Below, one piece after another: positions 40,899 through 51,034 of a stretch of DNA of 64,000 nucleotides (position 1 is the stretch's first letter; each line of letters begins with the position of its first letter). Below the pieces are notes generated by a model. It saw only the letters and a program-made list of their open reading frames with translations. It made no database searches and was not told the origin of the DNA. This stretch comes from Sedimentisphaerales bacterium (lineage in GTDB: Bacteria; Planctomycetota; Phycisphaerae; Sedimentisphaerales; SM23-30), in assembly GCA_963666285.1 (NCBI GenBank), contig OY762711.1. One strand, written 5' to 3'. The translations under genes were made by a program, and so were the position numbers.

Positions 40899-41010
40899 AA
40901 ATCGATTTTATCGATTTCTAAAGTGAAGAGTGAAGAACTAAGAGTGAAGAGTTAATGTGTTCGGCTATCCTTCGACTAGCTCAGGACAAGTCGCCTCACG
41001 CTTATTTTAA
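40896..41010 (+). repeat. stop-anchored hairpin + AGTGAAG heptamer run + second hairpin element
   Basis: TAGAAATCGAT-TTT-ATCGATTTCTA then AAGTGAAGAGTGAAGAACTAAGAGTGAAGAGTTAA; relatives near 36849, 39533, 46117, 46312, 52926, 54060 and 54380. Confidence 0.85.
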
Positions 41011-41148
41011 TGCTTCGCTTTTTAATAATATTGAATTACTGATACGCTTGTGAAGGCGAACCACGGATGGTTACAGATTGACACTGTGAAATAAAGTAAA
41101 AAGACAGTTGCTGATGAGATATATGAATTGCCCGATTGAGAGGGTGCT

Positions 41149-44100
41149 ATGATGAAAAAGATAGAAATAAAAAATAAACGGGGCAGTACGCTGGTGCTGG
41201 CATTAGTGCTGACGATGGTACTGTTTATAATGGGGATAGCGTTTATCTCTACTACCAGTATTCAGCGTGATATGGTGGAAAATGCTTCTGACGGTCAGTA
41301 TGTAAATGACGGGGTTGATGTTGTAGTATCGAAGATAAAAGAAGTATTGAAGAAGGATCTGTTTGAGGATAAGGCAGGCTATACCGGTTTTCTGCAGGGA
41401 GTGGCCTCTTATGATTACCCGGATGAGAATAATAAATGGCTGGCGAGCCTGACACCGGAAGAAACTTCAGATGATTGGGATAATAATAATTCCAGTGATA
41501 CTTTTTACTGCTGGCCGCGGATAACGGATTTATGGGAGAGGTTTGATTGGGATGTAAAAAGAACACTGGTTGGCACCAGTAATTACTACTGGTTAAATTA
41601 CCATTATGACCCGGACCCGTTTTTTAGGCAGGATAGAAATGGCGATGGGGCAGCGGATTACCCGCAGGCACGGTATTTTCTAAATCCGATGTCATGGCGA
41701 TATATGGTAGAGTGGGATAATGATATACCATGCCGCGTGGTAGAAGATGATGAGTCGATAAGCGATACGCTGCTGGCAGGTGGGGCTGAAGCAGATCAGT
41801 GGCTGAGTGACAGCAATGTTACCAGCGATTTTAATACTTTTTTGAATGGATTAAGTTCAAGAAATAGTTATATTGCCGATCGACTGAATTTGTACCAATC
41901 AGGCTCGAACTGGTATGATAAGGACAATACCAATCAGGCTTATGCACCTGGGTGGTCATTAAAAACTACATATCCAGACAATCCGATTGATAGTGCTGAT
42001 GGTATGCGGGCTGATGCCGATGGTGACGGGGTAGCGGACAGTCGCTGGGTGAGACTTAAGCAGATAAATTCCGAAGGTGATTATCTGTATGCGGCGGTGC
42101 GGATAATAGATAACGGCGGTATGATTAATCTGAATACGGCGTTTCGCAAGCCGGGCCATGCAAATTTTAGTGGAAGTGGGATAAATCAATACTACAATCC
42201 CTACGATGGAAGCTATGTTGATAACACAGGATTATTGAGAGCTGAAGATGCAGAATTAGATAACTGGGATGGCAGCAGTGTTTCACATATAGATGCATGG
42301 AGTTTACTGCGTGGAACAGATATAGATAATGGTTATGAATCTATTATTTTTAATGATATGTTGCATTATAAAACATTTCCATCGGTTGAATATCTTAAAG
42401 ACTATAGTTTTGCGTTGAATCAGGCGGCATGTCCTTATATCAAATATCCAAGAGAATTTGGAGATACTACCAATAATACTTTTGCCTTTGCTGCTTTAGC
42501 TCCTGCATCTGGTACTCCATATACTCTAACTGGTTTTGATTTAAATGATGAGCTGGAGCTTAGAAACAGATTCTTTTTGAGAACTAATGTTAATACTAGA
42601 GTAAAAAATGACTGGCAAGCTACTTATGGCAATCTTGAAAGCGGCTATACTCGAACAAATAAATATGATAACAGTGGTGGTATCTTTTATTATTCTACAG
42701 GTTGGAACTGGTTTGAAAAGGGAGGATTACTGCTGACAGGAGACCCGCCTAACGATATCAGACCAAATGGAAATGATCAATTTTCCCGCCGTTCTATAAC
42801 GACGACGATAAATAAAGACCGTCTGGTAAGGCCGGAATTCAGGTATAGTTCTGATATTTCAGCTAATGATTACAAAGAAGATAATATTGTTGCTAATATT
42901 AGAAATTCAACCAGATATGATCTGGATGAATTTATGAATGGTTTACGCAGATGTAATATAAATGTTAATGCCGATAGTGCAGGTAGTGTGAGCGAGAAAG
43001 ATGGTGATGGCATTGATGACAATATTATAGATTGGGACCATAACAGTTCAACAACAGCAGATCAAGTTGTTTATGATATTATTACATTAAATAATGTTAC
43101 GGCAGCATATTATATGGCAATTAAGAGCATAGATAGTGCTGAGAACGTTAACAATTTGATACGCGATCATTTTGGTGAACATGGAGTCTGGTCTGGTGGA
43201 ACTCCAACTGTATATTCATCGCATGCTTTGGATTATAATACCGAAATGCTGGCAATGCAATTTAAGGCAAATTTTGAAGATTATTTTGATTATAATTCTT
43301 CAGGTGAGGAAGAAACAATAATAGCTCTTGACGGTACTGAATATAAAGACAGCGGGGGGACTGGAAGGAATCATAAGGAAAGGTACTTTGGCTTTGAAGA
43401 TGTCGCAAGAATTGAAGATGATATCTTGTGTATATCGAAAATATCATTTTATAAGATGACGAGTAATCCTGTGTCTGAAGATTCATCATCTGGAGAACCA
43501 AAATTATCAAACGATACATTGTTGCCAAATGGAACATATTTTGCTGTTGAATTATTTAATCCATCAACTTCTTCCAAAGACAGTACTGCCGATATGAAAG
43601 ATTATTATTTGCTTATTCTTGATAATAATAATCAAGTTAAGGAAATGTTTGATTTTAATGATTTTATTGATGCTGCAAAAACTGAATACTATGGTAAAGA
43701 TGGCACAAAAGTTTTGCCAACTGTAGGTGCCGCTGGTGGAAATGATACAGTAACGATATTGTTATATGATTTGACAACTTCGCATACATATGATTCTACT
43801 GTTTCTAATAATGGTTCAAAACAATATGTAGCAGGATCTGCCGCTTATGGTTTTTTGAATACATTTCCTGTTTCAAAACTTGTTTATGAAGCTGGTGAAA
43901 ATAGGGTAGGGACTACTTTCGGCAGCGGAAGCTCAGATATGTTTTTATATATAGATGTGAGGTCGTCTGGTTTACTTGACCCTGTTGAAACCTCTACACA
44001 ACTGAGTATCGACGATAAGATCGTTTTAGTTCGTAAGGGCGGTACTGGCAGCAAAGTTGCAAGCCTATTAACCAATACAGATGATGTTTATCCATGTGAT

Positions 44101-46119
44101 GTAGTGAGTCTGGAAAGTATTCAGCATGCATTTCATGTTTATAAAGAGTTTGAGGTTAAAGAGCAGAGTGCTACCACGAATTATGATGATGCCGTAGATT
44201 TTCTTGATGAAAGATATGAAGATTCTTCAGGTAATTATCAGTCAAGAACTGCTGATAATAAGTTAAGAAATTTTATTCGTAAAACTAACTTTGGTAGTTC
44301 AGAAATACTATTGCCTGCTTATGGTAAATATAACCCTTGGACATTTGAAAGTAGTGTAGCTAATCCTCCGGGAAATACTATGCTTGCCAGAATCAATATT
44401 GAAACGGAAAGAGATAATGTCGAAAATATAAGGTGGTCTTCTCCAGGCACATATGCTTTAAGCGATCCTGACGTTATGTTATTATATGATGATTTGTCTA
44501 TAGGAGTGCATAATATGCTGGGTATGAAAATTGAGGATTTTGATTTACGCCAGTTACATGATAGGTTTTCTATTGCTTCAAATCAATGTTGGTTTAAGAG
44601 CATAGGTCAACTTCAGGATATTTTAGTTGTGGGGGCAAGATATATAGAAGCTGATATAAATAATGACGGCAATTACCCAACTGACAGTACGTTTGCGACA
44701 GGAAGTACTGATGAAATATATTTTCAGCCTTTTATCCATTCGTTGGCTAAAGCAAGACAAGCTAGTGCTGTTAATGGTTATTGTACATATAACAATACAG
44801 AGTTGATAGGTAATCCTGGTCGTATGAATCTAGGTGATGAGCTATTTGCCCGTATACCGGAATTTATGACTGTTATTGATTACAGCAGGGATGGTATCGA
44901 TAATGACGGTAATACTGATAATTTCGAGTTAGCTGCAATATGTGATGATGACATTGATCAGGATACAGACGGTGATGATGATAACACGGCAAATGAAATT
45001 GATGCTGATGAAGTATTACAATATTCCTATTACAATACAGATGGTATAGACCAGGATGGATTTGTTGATAACGTTACAGGTGGTTTGACGAATGCAGAGA
45101 GATTAGATGCAGTTGACCCTGCCAGTGGTTTTGCTGATGAAGCGGAATATATGAAGAGCCGTGTAGGGGAATATGAAGTTGATATATACGGTCGGATAAA
45201 TATCAATACAGCGCCGTGGTATGTAATAGCGAGGCTGCCGTGGGTAACAGAAGAGATGGCGCAAGCTATAGTGGCGTACAGAGATAAAAAAAGACTAGAT
45301 AATACTACGTATTATACTATAGATTCTAATTTAGCTGCTCCTGCTGTTAATTATAGTGTCGGCAGAGCTAATGGAATGTGGGATGCGGTTTTAAATCAGG
45401 CTAAACTTATTTCAATTAATGTACAAGCAATTGCAGAAGCTGAAAATGCACCATTTCAAGTTAGAGAAGAAAGAGGTTTTAGAAGTATTGGTGAGTTGAT
45501 GAATGTTACTCATGGCCTACGGGGACAATATTCTTCCAGTTTTACTACACAGTTGGCTAGAATAGTAAATTCTTTAAGTGATACAGGTAGTAACCCAAGT
45601 GCAACATTTGCAGGTGGATGGCATGAGGTGTTTAATCCAACCAATTCTAAAGAGCTAGGTTTGGTAAGGGGAATTACATATAATAATGCATTTGATATTC
45701 AACGATGGGGCAAGAGGCGTAAACGTCTAGATGCGACAAATCAAACACCTGAAGGTGATTATATGGTTCAAACAGATTCTTCTAATGGTGTAGTAAAGTC
45801 AATTAATGATAATCGTTCGACAGTAGCAAGTTCACTGTCTGGTAGCTGGACTTTAAATGATATTTCGACTGTGACACCTTTTTATGATGATGAGTTTACT
45901 GTAGCAAGTAATGATAATGAATCTAAGCAGGCCATATTCAATAAGATAAGCAACCTGATAACGACGCGCAGTGATGTATTTACGGCGTATATTCTGGTGC
46001 GGGTTGGTCGAGATGGTCCTCAGAGGCGGATGATAGGTATCTTTGACCGTAGTAATGTGTATAGCGGCGATGATGAGGTTAAGCTGCTGGCGTTGTTCCA
46101 GGTGCCGGAGACGCAGTGA
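41149..46119 (+). CDS. giant GspK/PilX-like minor pseudopilin / putative tip adhesin (1656 aa)
   Basis: KRG|STLVLALVL (no Glu5, typical of K/X class); ADADGDGVADS, IIDNGGMINLNTA, GRININTAP...AQAIVAYR..GFRSIGELMNV (HhH-like) and NLITTRSDVFT; many DxDxDG motifs. Confidence 0.8.
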   Translation: MMKKIEIKNKRGSTLVLALVLTMVLFIMGIAFISTTSIQRDMVENASDGQYVNDGVDVVVSKIKEVLKKDLFEDKAGYTGFLQGVASYDYPDENNKWLASLTPEETSDDWDNNNSSDTFYCWPRITDLWERFDWDVKRTLVGTSNYYWLNYHYDPDPFFRQDRNGDGAADYPQARYFLNPMSWRYMVEWDNDIPCRVVEDDESISDTLLAGGAEADQWLSDSNVTSDFNTFLNGLSSRNSYIADRLNLYQSGSNWYDKDNTNQAYAPGWSLKTTYPDNPIDSADGMRADADGDGVADSRWVRLKQINSEGDYLYAAVRIIDNGGMINLNTAFRKPGHANFSGSGINQYYNPYDGSYVDNTGLLRAEDAELDNWDGSSVSHIDAWSLLRGTDIDNGYESIIFNDMLHYKTFPSVEYLKDYSFALNQAACPYIKYPREFGDTTNNTFAFAALAPASGTPYTLTGFDLNDELELRNRFFLRTNVNTRVKNDWQATYGNLESGYTRTNKYDNSGGIFYYSTGWNWFEKGGLLLTGDPPNDIRPNGNDQFSRRSITTTINKDRLVRPEFRYSSDISANDYKEDNIVANIRNSTRYDLDEFMNGLRRCNINVNADSAGSVSEKDGDGIDDNIIDWDHNSSTTADQVVYDIITLNNVTAAYYMAIKSIDSAENVNNLIRDHFGEHGVWSGGTPTVYSSHALDYNTEMLAMQFKANFEDYFDYNSSGEEETIIALDGTEYKDSGGTGRNHKERYFGFEDVARIEDDILCISKISFYKMTSNPVSEDSSSGEPKLSNDTLLPNGTYFAVELFNPSTSSKDSTADMKDYYLLILDNNNQVKEMFDFNDFIDAAKTEYYGKDGTKVLPTVGAAGGNDTVTILLYDLTTSHTYDSTVSNNGSKQYVAGSAAYGFLNTFPVSKLVYEAGENRVGTTFGSGSSDMFLYIDVRSSGLLDPVETSTQLSIDDKIVLVRKGGTGSKVASLLTNTDDVYPCDVVSLESIQHAFHVYKEFEVKEQSATTNYDDAVDFLDERYEDSSGNYQSRTADNKLRNFIRKTNFGSSEILLPAYGKYNPWTFESSVANPPGNTMLARINIETERDNVENIRWSSPGTYALSDPDVMLLYDDLSIGVHNMLGMKIEDFDLRQLHDRFSIASNQCWFKSIGQLQDILVVGARYIEADINNDGNYPTDSTFATGSTDEIYFQPFIHSLAKARQASAVNGYCTYNNTELIGNPGRMNLGDELFARIPEFMTVIDYSRDGIDNDGNTDNFELAAICDDDIDQDTDGDDDNTANEIDADEVLQYSYYNTDGIDQDGFVDNVTGGLTNAERLDAVDPASGFADEAEYMKSRVGEYEVDIYGRININTAPWYVIARLPWVTEEMAQAIVAYRDKKRLDNTTYYTIDSNLAAPAVNYSVGRANGMWDAVLNQAKLISINVQAIAEAENAPFQVREERGFRSIGELMNVTHGLRGQYSSSFTTQLARIVNSLSDTGSNPSATFAGGWHEVFNPTNSKELGLVRGITYNNAFDIQRWGKRRKRLDATNQTPEGDYMVQTDSSNGVVKSINDNRSTVASSLSGSWTLNDISTVTPFYDDEFTVASNDNESKQAIFNKISNLITTRSDVFTAYILVRVGRDGPQRRMIGIFDRSNVYSGDDEVKLLALFQVPETQ

Positions 46120-46129
46120 TTTTAAGCTT

Positions 46130-46431
46130 TGCTTAAAATCAAGTGATGAGTGAAGAACTAATAGTGAAGAGTTAAGGTTGGTCCCGATGAAAACATCGGG
46201 ACCTTTGTATTTTTAAGTATGGTATTATTAAGACAGGTGTCAGTAGGTATTGGGTATTTGGTGTCAGGTATTAGGTAAGGAATTCCGCTGAGAGCGGAAA
46301 ATTCAAATATATGCTTAAAATCAAGTGATGTATGCTTCGCATGTCACATGTGTGGGTGAAGAACTAATAGTGAAGAGTTAAGGTTGGTCCCGATGAAAAT
46401 ATCGGGACCTTTGTATTTTAAAGTATGGTAT
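46130..46431 (+). repeat. tandem ~95-bp duplication with GGTCCCGAT-N6-ATCGGGACC hairpin
   Basis: 46130-46224 versus 46312-46431 (the second copy has an insertion of about 25 bp). Confidence 0.9.
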
Positions 46432-47000
46432 CGTTGAGAAGGTATTGTTGTTATTAGGCAATATCTGTAAGTAACTCAAAGTGACCGATTTCATACTTTT
46501 TTTACCATAACATATTGTAAAAGAATTCTTTATGTTAAAATTATAGCTATTCTGCCTCTTTGCGGCAATCCTTGCCTGATATCCAAGGCATAATAGCTAA
46601 TACCTCTCAAGCCGGTCATCGATAAGTTTTAGCAAGTAATTTCAATCTGAAAAATTGTATACCTCCGGAATTAAAACGTCTATGAGATTATATGTTCTTA
46701 GCCTGTCGGGTTTTATGCAGAAATCTTATATTAAAACAATAATCATGCTGATGGTTTGGTGATTGGGTGGCGGTATGGTTGCCGGAAAGGATCACCAATA
46801 ATATATTTCGTCGGTGTATAAAAATCGTTCGGTTAGTTATAAAATATTGTTGAATTATTAAATGAAATTAGCTAACATCAAATAAATAAGTGAATTTTCG
46901 TATATTGTTTTAATATAATAAGTTACAGTAATAAAATCTCCAAATTGCGAAGAAAAATTACCACTTTTGGACAAGAGTTTTTCTTGGAAAGGTATAGACA

Positions 47001-48497
47001 ATGACAGCTCTAAAAAATTATGAAGTTTGGTTTGTTACAGGAAGCCAGCACCTTTATGGTCCTGAGACACTTAAGCAGGTTGATAAAGACTCTAAGCAAA
47101 TAGCTGAGGCTTTGGATAAATCACCTGAGATTCCATGTAAAGTAGTTTTCAAACCGGTATTGAAGACTCCGGATGAAATAACAAATATATGTGTCGAGGC
47201 AAATACAACACCTAATTGTATAGGTCTGGTTACGTGGATGCATACTTTCAGCCCGGCAAAAATGTGGATTAATGCATTGTCAATTCTGCAGAAGCCATTT
47301 GTTCATTTACATACGCAGTTCAATCGTGATATCCCCTGGGGTGAGATTGATATGGACTTTATGAATTTGAACCAGTCTGCTCATGGCGGTCGTGAATTTG
47401 GCTTTATTTGCAGTCGAATGAGGAAAAGCCGTAAGGTTGTTGTTGGCCATTGGCAGGAAGCAGACGTTCAGCAGAAACTGGGTGTTTGGATGCGTGCCGC
47501 AGCCGGCTGGAATGAGATGCGAAATCTGAAAGTATGCCGATTTGGTGACAATATGCGTCAGGTTGCTGTAACTGAGGGCGATAAGGTCGAAGCTCAGAAG
47601 CAGTTTGGAATGAGCGTAAATGGTTATGGTATTGGAGACCTGGTAGCAAAGATAAAAGATGTGACAGAAGCCCAGATAAAAGATCTGGTAGAGAAATATA
47701 AATCTGACTATGTTTTTAATGTTAGTGATGATTGTATGGAATCAATAACAGAATCTGCCCGGATAGAAGCAGGTATGAGGGCGTTTCTTGATGAGGGCGG
47801 TTTTAAGGCATTCACAACGACCTTTGAGGACCTTCATGGCATGTTGCAGCTGCCGGGGCTGGCAGTTCAGCGTTTGATGGCCGATGGTTATGGTTTCGGT
47901 GCCGAAGGTGACTGGAAGACAGCCGCGCTGGTTCGTGCGATGAAGGTAATGGCAACCGGGCTTGAAGGCGGTACCTCGTTTATGGAGGACTATACATACC
48001 ATCTTGACCCGGCCGATCCAAAGGTTTTGGGTGCCCATATGCTTGAAGTCTGCTCTTCAATCGCTGATGGTAAACCTTCGCTGGAGGTTCATCCGCTGGG
48101 TATCGGCGGCAAGGCTGATCCGGTGCGTGTTGTATTTAATGTTGCTCCTGGTGCCGGTCTTAACGCATCTTTGATAGATATGGGCAATCGTTTCCGTATG
48201 GTTGTCAATGCGGTAGATGTTGTTAAACCAGATGCAGACTTGCCGAAACTGCCGGTTGCTCGCGTTGTATGGGTGCCAAAACCTGATCTGAAGATTGGAG
48301 CAGCAACCTGGATTCTTGCCGGGGCTGCGCATCATTCGAGCTTTACGAAGGCGTTGACGGCTGAACATATGGAAGACTTTACTGAGATGGCAGGAATTGA
48401 ATATTTATTGATTGATGAAAATACAACTGTTTCTCAGTTTAAGAGTGAAATTCGTATTAATGAGATTTACTATATGCTTGAAAAAGGTCTGAAATAA
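47001..48497 (+). CDS. araA: L-arabinose isomerase
   Basis: [49 protein letters not shown] and GAHMLEVC. Confidence 0.97.
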   Translation: MTALKNYEVWFVTGSQHLYGPETLKQVDKDSKQIAEALDKSPEIPCKVVFKPVLKTPDEITNICVEANTTPNCIGLVTWMHTFSPAKMWINALSILQKPFVHLHTQFNRDIPWGEIDMDFMNLNQSAHGGREFGFICSRMRKSRKVVVGHWQEADVQQKLGVWMRAAAGWNEMRNLKVCRFGDNMRQVAVTEGDKVEAQKQFGMSVNGYGIGDLVAKIKDVTEAQIKDLVEKYKSDYVFNVSDDCMESITESARIEAGMRAFLDEGGFKAFTTTFEDLHGMLQLPGLAVQRLMADGYGFGAEGDWKTAALVRAMKVMATGLEGGTSFMEDYTYHLDPADPKVLGAHMLEVCSSIADGKPSLEVHPLGIGGKADPVRVVFNVAPGAGLNASLIDMGNRFRMVVNAVDVVKPDADLPKLPVARVVWVPKPDLKIGAATWILAGAAHHSSFTKALTAEHMEDFTEMAGIEYLLIDENTTVSQFKSEIRINEIYYMLEKGLK

Positions 48498-48555
48498 TAA
48501 TAATCTTATTTCCGTAAAATATCAGCATTATTAAATGTTGAGTGTTTTGATCCAT

Positions 48556-48622
48556 AAAGGTTGAAGCATTGAGGTTTGTAGAAATATATATTTTACGATC
48601 TTCTATGTTTCAGCCTTTTTTT
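48556..48622 (+). terminator. long-stem intrinsic terminator after araA
   Basis: AAAGGTTGAAGCAT...ATGTTTCAGCCTTT stem (G-U pairs) ending in T7. Confidence 0.6.
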
Positions 48623-49000
48623 ATACACTATTTTCTAATTAAACTGCCTATTGAGTTCATAGGTAGTAAACTGGGTAAAATATGCCGTTTGTAGGTATAT
48701 TCTCCTACTAATATGCTTATTAGCCTGGTTTTAATAGCTAGGATTTATTAATTGAGTCGTCTTAAGGTGTCGCTGCTGAAGTTTTTCTGATAATTAAGGT
48801 GAAAGAGAGTGTTAATTAGTATTAATTTAGGTAAATAAAACAGTGTTGTGTGCAGTAAGTGCCTTAAAATCTGTATTTTATGATTGTGATTTTATAAAAG
48901 CATTTGGAATCTAAAAGTGTTTTTGTTAGTATATAATTAGCGTAAGTAGATTAATATGTTTCCCGGTATTAGAATCATTTTTTTGGCGATATAAATTTAT

Positions 49001-51034
49001 ATGCGTTTGTGTGTATTTATATTATTATTACTAGCTGTGTTATATCAGCCGTTATCTGCAATTGTTCCAGATAACCTGATGCTGATAGTGCCCAGCGATC
49101 ATGTAAACTATAATGGTGAAGTTGGTGGTCCTATCGGCTCATTTATCTATAGTGAATACCATGACAGGTTTTATATCTCTACTTATGGCAGTGATCGCGG
49201 AATACGTTGTTTTGTTGGGGCAGACGGGCAATTTCCTGATTGGGAAACCGACGAAATAAAGGCAGAGAATAAATTGCTTACTCCTATGGGCAAGTCCTGG
49301 CAATGTGCAACAGAAAGTATGATATTGAGAGTTGCCGGTTCCCCTGATATTCTTCACGGGTATTACAATTCAAATACCTCCACATATTCCTTAATACATG
49401 GTATGGTATTGAACCCTGAGCCGGTAACTGTAAATGGTATCAATTACGATGCAGAACAATTGGCGATAATCAGTGATCACAGTATTGCATCTTCTGCTGA
49501 ATCAACAAAGAGATTTTTGACTTGGGATTTAAGAGAGATTGGTTCGCCATCCGGAAGTGATCCGAATAATTTCGACCCGAATGAATATTCCTTATTGTCT
49601 GATGAGTTTAACCCTGATAATCTTCCCGATATGGCTAACGCTGAGTACGATACGGGAGTTTTGATGACAGAAGTTCCGGAATACGCAAACAATTCCGGGT
49701 ATGGATATACCGATTGGAATGATGCATTCAACTATATTTTAACATTTGACGATTTGGCTGCGGCAATAGGTGTAGATGCAGGTACTATAGCTCAGCAAGA
49801 TTACAATAGCGATAATGTGGGTTTATGCAAACCGGCATTTTCTTCTGATGGTAGAAAGTTGTATTATGTAAGTAATGATGGTCGAGATCATGGAGAAAGA
49901 TTATTTACGGGTATTTGGTCATCTGATATAGAAAATGGCATAAATAGAAGAATATTTAATGATACCGGTGACAACGGAACGCGTGTTTCAGATAGTTATT
50001 CAGTAACAATGTCAGATCCGGCTGTATTGCCAGTTGGATTAAGAAATTTGACAGGATACCCATATGAACCTGAGCTTGATCAGGTTTTATTTAACGGCAC
50101 AGAAGTAAGCGGTAATCTTTGTGGGGTGAATTGTCTGGTAGATGATGGGAGTGAGTATCCACCGGTTCATCCTGCAATAGAGGGTAAAAAAATACTGGAT
50201 TTTTTGGGTGTGGATGTCTACGATCCTGCATTTTACGATATAAATAATAATGATCCAGCAACCTGGCCAGATGATTATGATCCAAACACAGCGGACCCAA
50301 ATTCTTTTGTAGATATTTCAAAATGGCCTCAGATTAGATCGATTACAACTGATGCCAGTGGAAATATATATTTCTTCGTTGACAAGGTTAATACCCTCTG
50401 TAAATACGATCTGAAAGGCAGATTAATTTCACTTTCCAATAGCCCTCAGCTAATAATGTTTAACAGGTCGCAGGAAACATCATCAAACTCAGTTGATGTT
50501 TTAAAACTTCAAATTCGCACGATTCAGGCCCCTTATACGATAGGTGGCGATCCTCAAGTGATTGAGCAGGTAATGTTTATGGCATCAGGAGTGCAAGGAG
50601 TTGCAGGAGTGAATGTTTACTCAGCGTGCGATTTCAGCAGGGATGGGCAAGTAACACTGGAAGATTTGAATTATTTTGGCGAGCAATACCGGATATCGCA
50701 AGATCCAAATAACATGTTGGGTATTGAAGATCCGAATTTTGTGGAATATATAAAGGCAGATATAAATGGAGATGGAGCAATAAATGCTGAAAGAACAGGG
50801 CTTATCAGGCCATCTGTTACTGAAAAAGACATAAAAGTATTATATCAATTTATATTGCCGGGAAATGTTAATTTGGATAATTGTGTAGATATGCGAGATT
50901 TTGCTACGATTTCAGCCAATTATTATTCGACGGAAGCTAAAGACTGGTCAGAAGGTGACTTCGATTTTGATCAGGATGTAGATTTTTCAGATTTTATTCT
51001 TTTCCTTTCCAGTTGGTTAGAGTATGATAATTGA
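49001..51034 (+). CDS. secreted acidic protein with dockerin/EF-hand-like C-terminus
   Basis: Signal peptide; CDFSRDGQVTLEDL, GNVNLDNCVDMRDF and GDFDFDQDVDFSDF..FLSSWL. Confidence 0.8.
   Translation: MRLCVFILLLLAVLYQPLSAIVPDNLMLIVPSDHVNYNGEVGGPIGSFIYSEYHDRFYISTYGSDRGIRCFVGADGQFPDWETDEIKAENKLLTPMGKSWQCATESMILRVAGSPDILHGYYNSNTSTYSLIHGMVLNPEPVTVNGINYDAEQLAIISDHSIASSAESTKRFLTWDLREIGSPSGSDPNNFDPNEYSLLSDEFNPDNLPDMANAEYDTGVLMTEVPEYANNSGYGYTDWNDAFNYILTFDDLAAAIGVDAGTIAQQDYNSDNVGLCKPAFSSDGRKLYYVSNDGRDHGERLFTGIWSSDIENGINRRIFNDTGDNGTRVSDSYSVTMSDPAVLPVGLRNLTGYPYEPELDQVLFNGTEVSGNLCGVNCLVDDGSEYPPVHPAIEGKKILDFLGVDVYDPAFYDINNNDPATWPDDYDPNTADPNSFVDISKWPQIRSITTDASGNIYFFVDKVNTLCKYDLKGRLISLSNSPQLIMFNRSQETSSNSVDVLKLQIRTIQAPYTIGGDPQVIEQVMFMASGVQGVAGVNVYSACDFSRDGQVTLEDLNYFGEQYRISQDPNNMLGIEDPNFVEYIKADINGDGAINAERTGLIRPSVTEKDIKVLYQFILPGNVNLDNCVDMRDFATISANYYSTEAKDWSEGDFDFDQDVDFSDFILFLSSWLEYDN

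Noticed and set aside
46500..47000. AraR/AraC operator upstream of araA
   Set aside because: No convincing palindrome or known box; the regulator and araB/araD are not in the window
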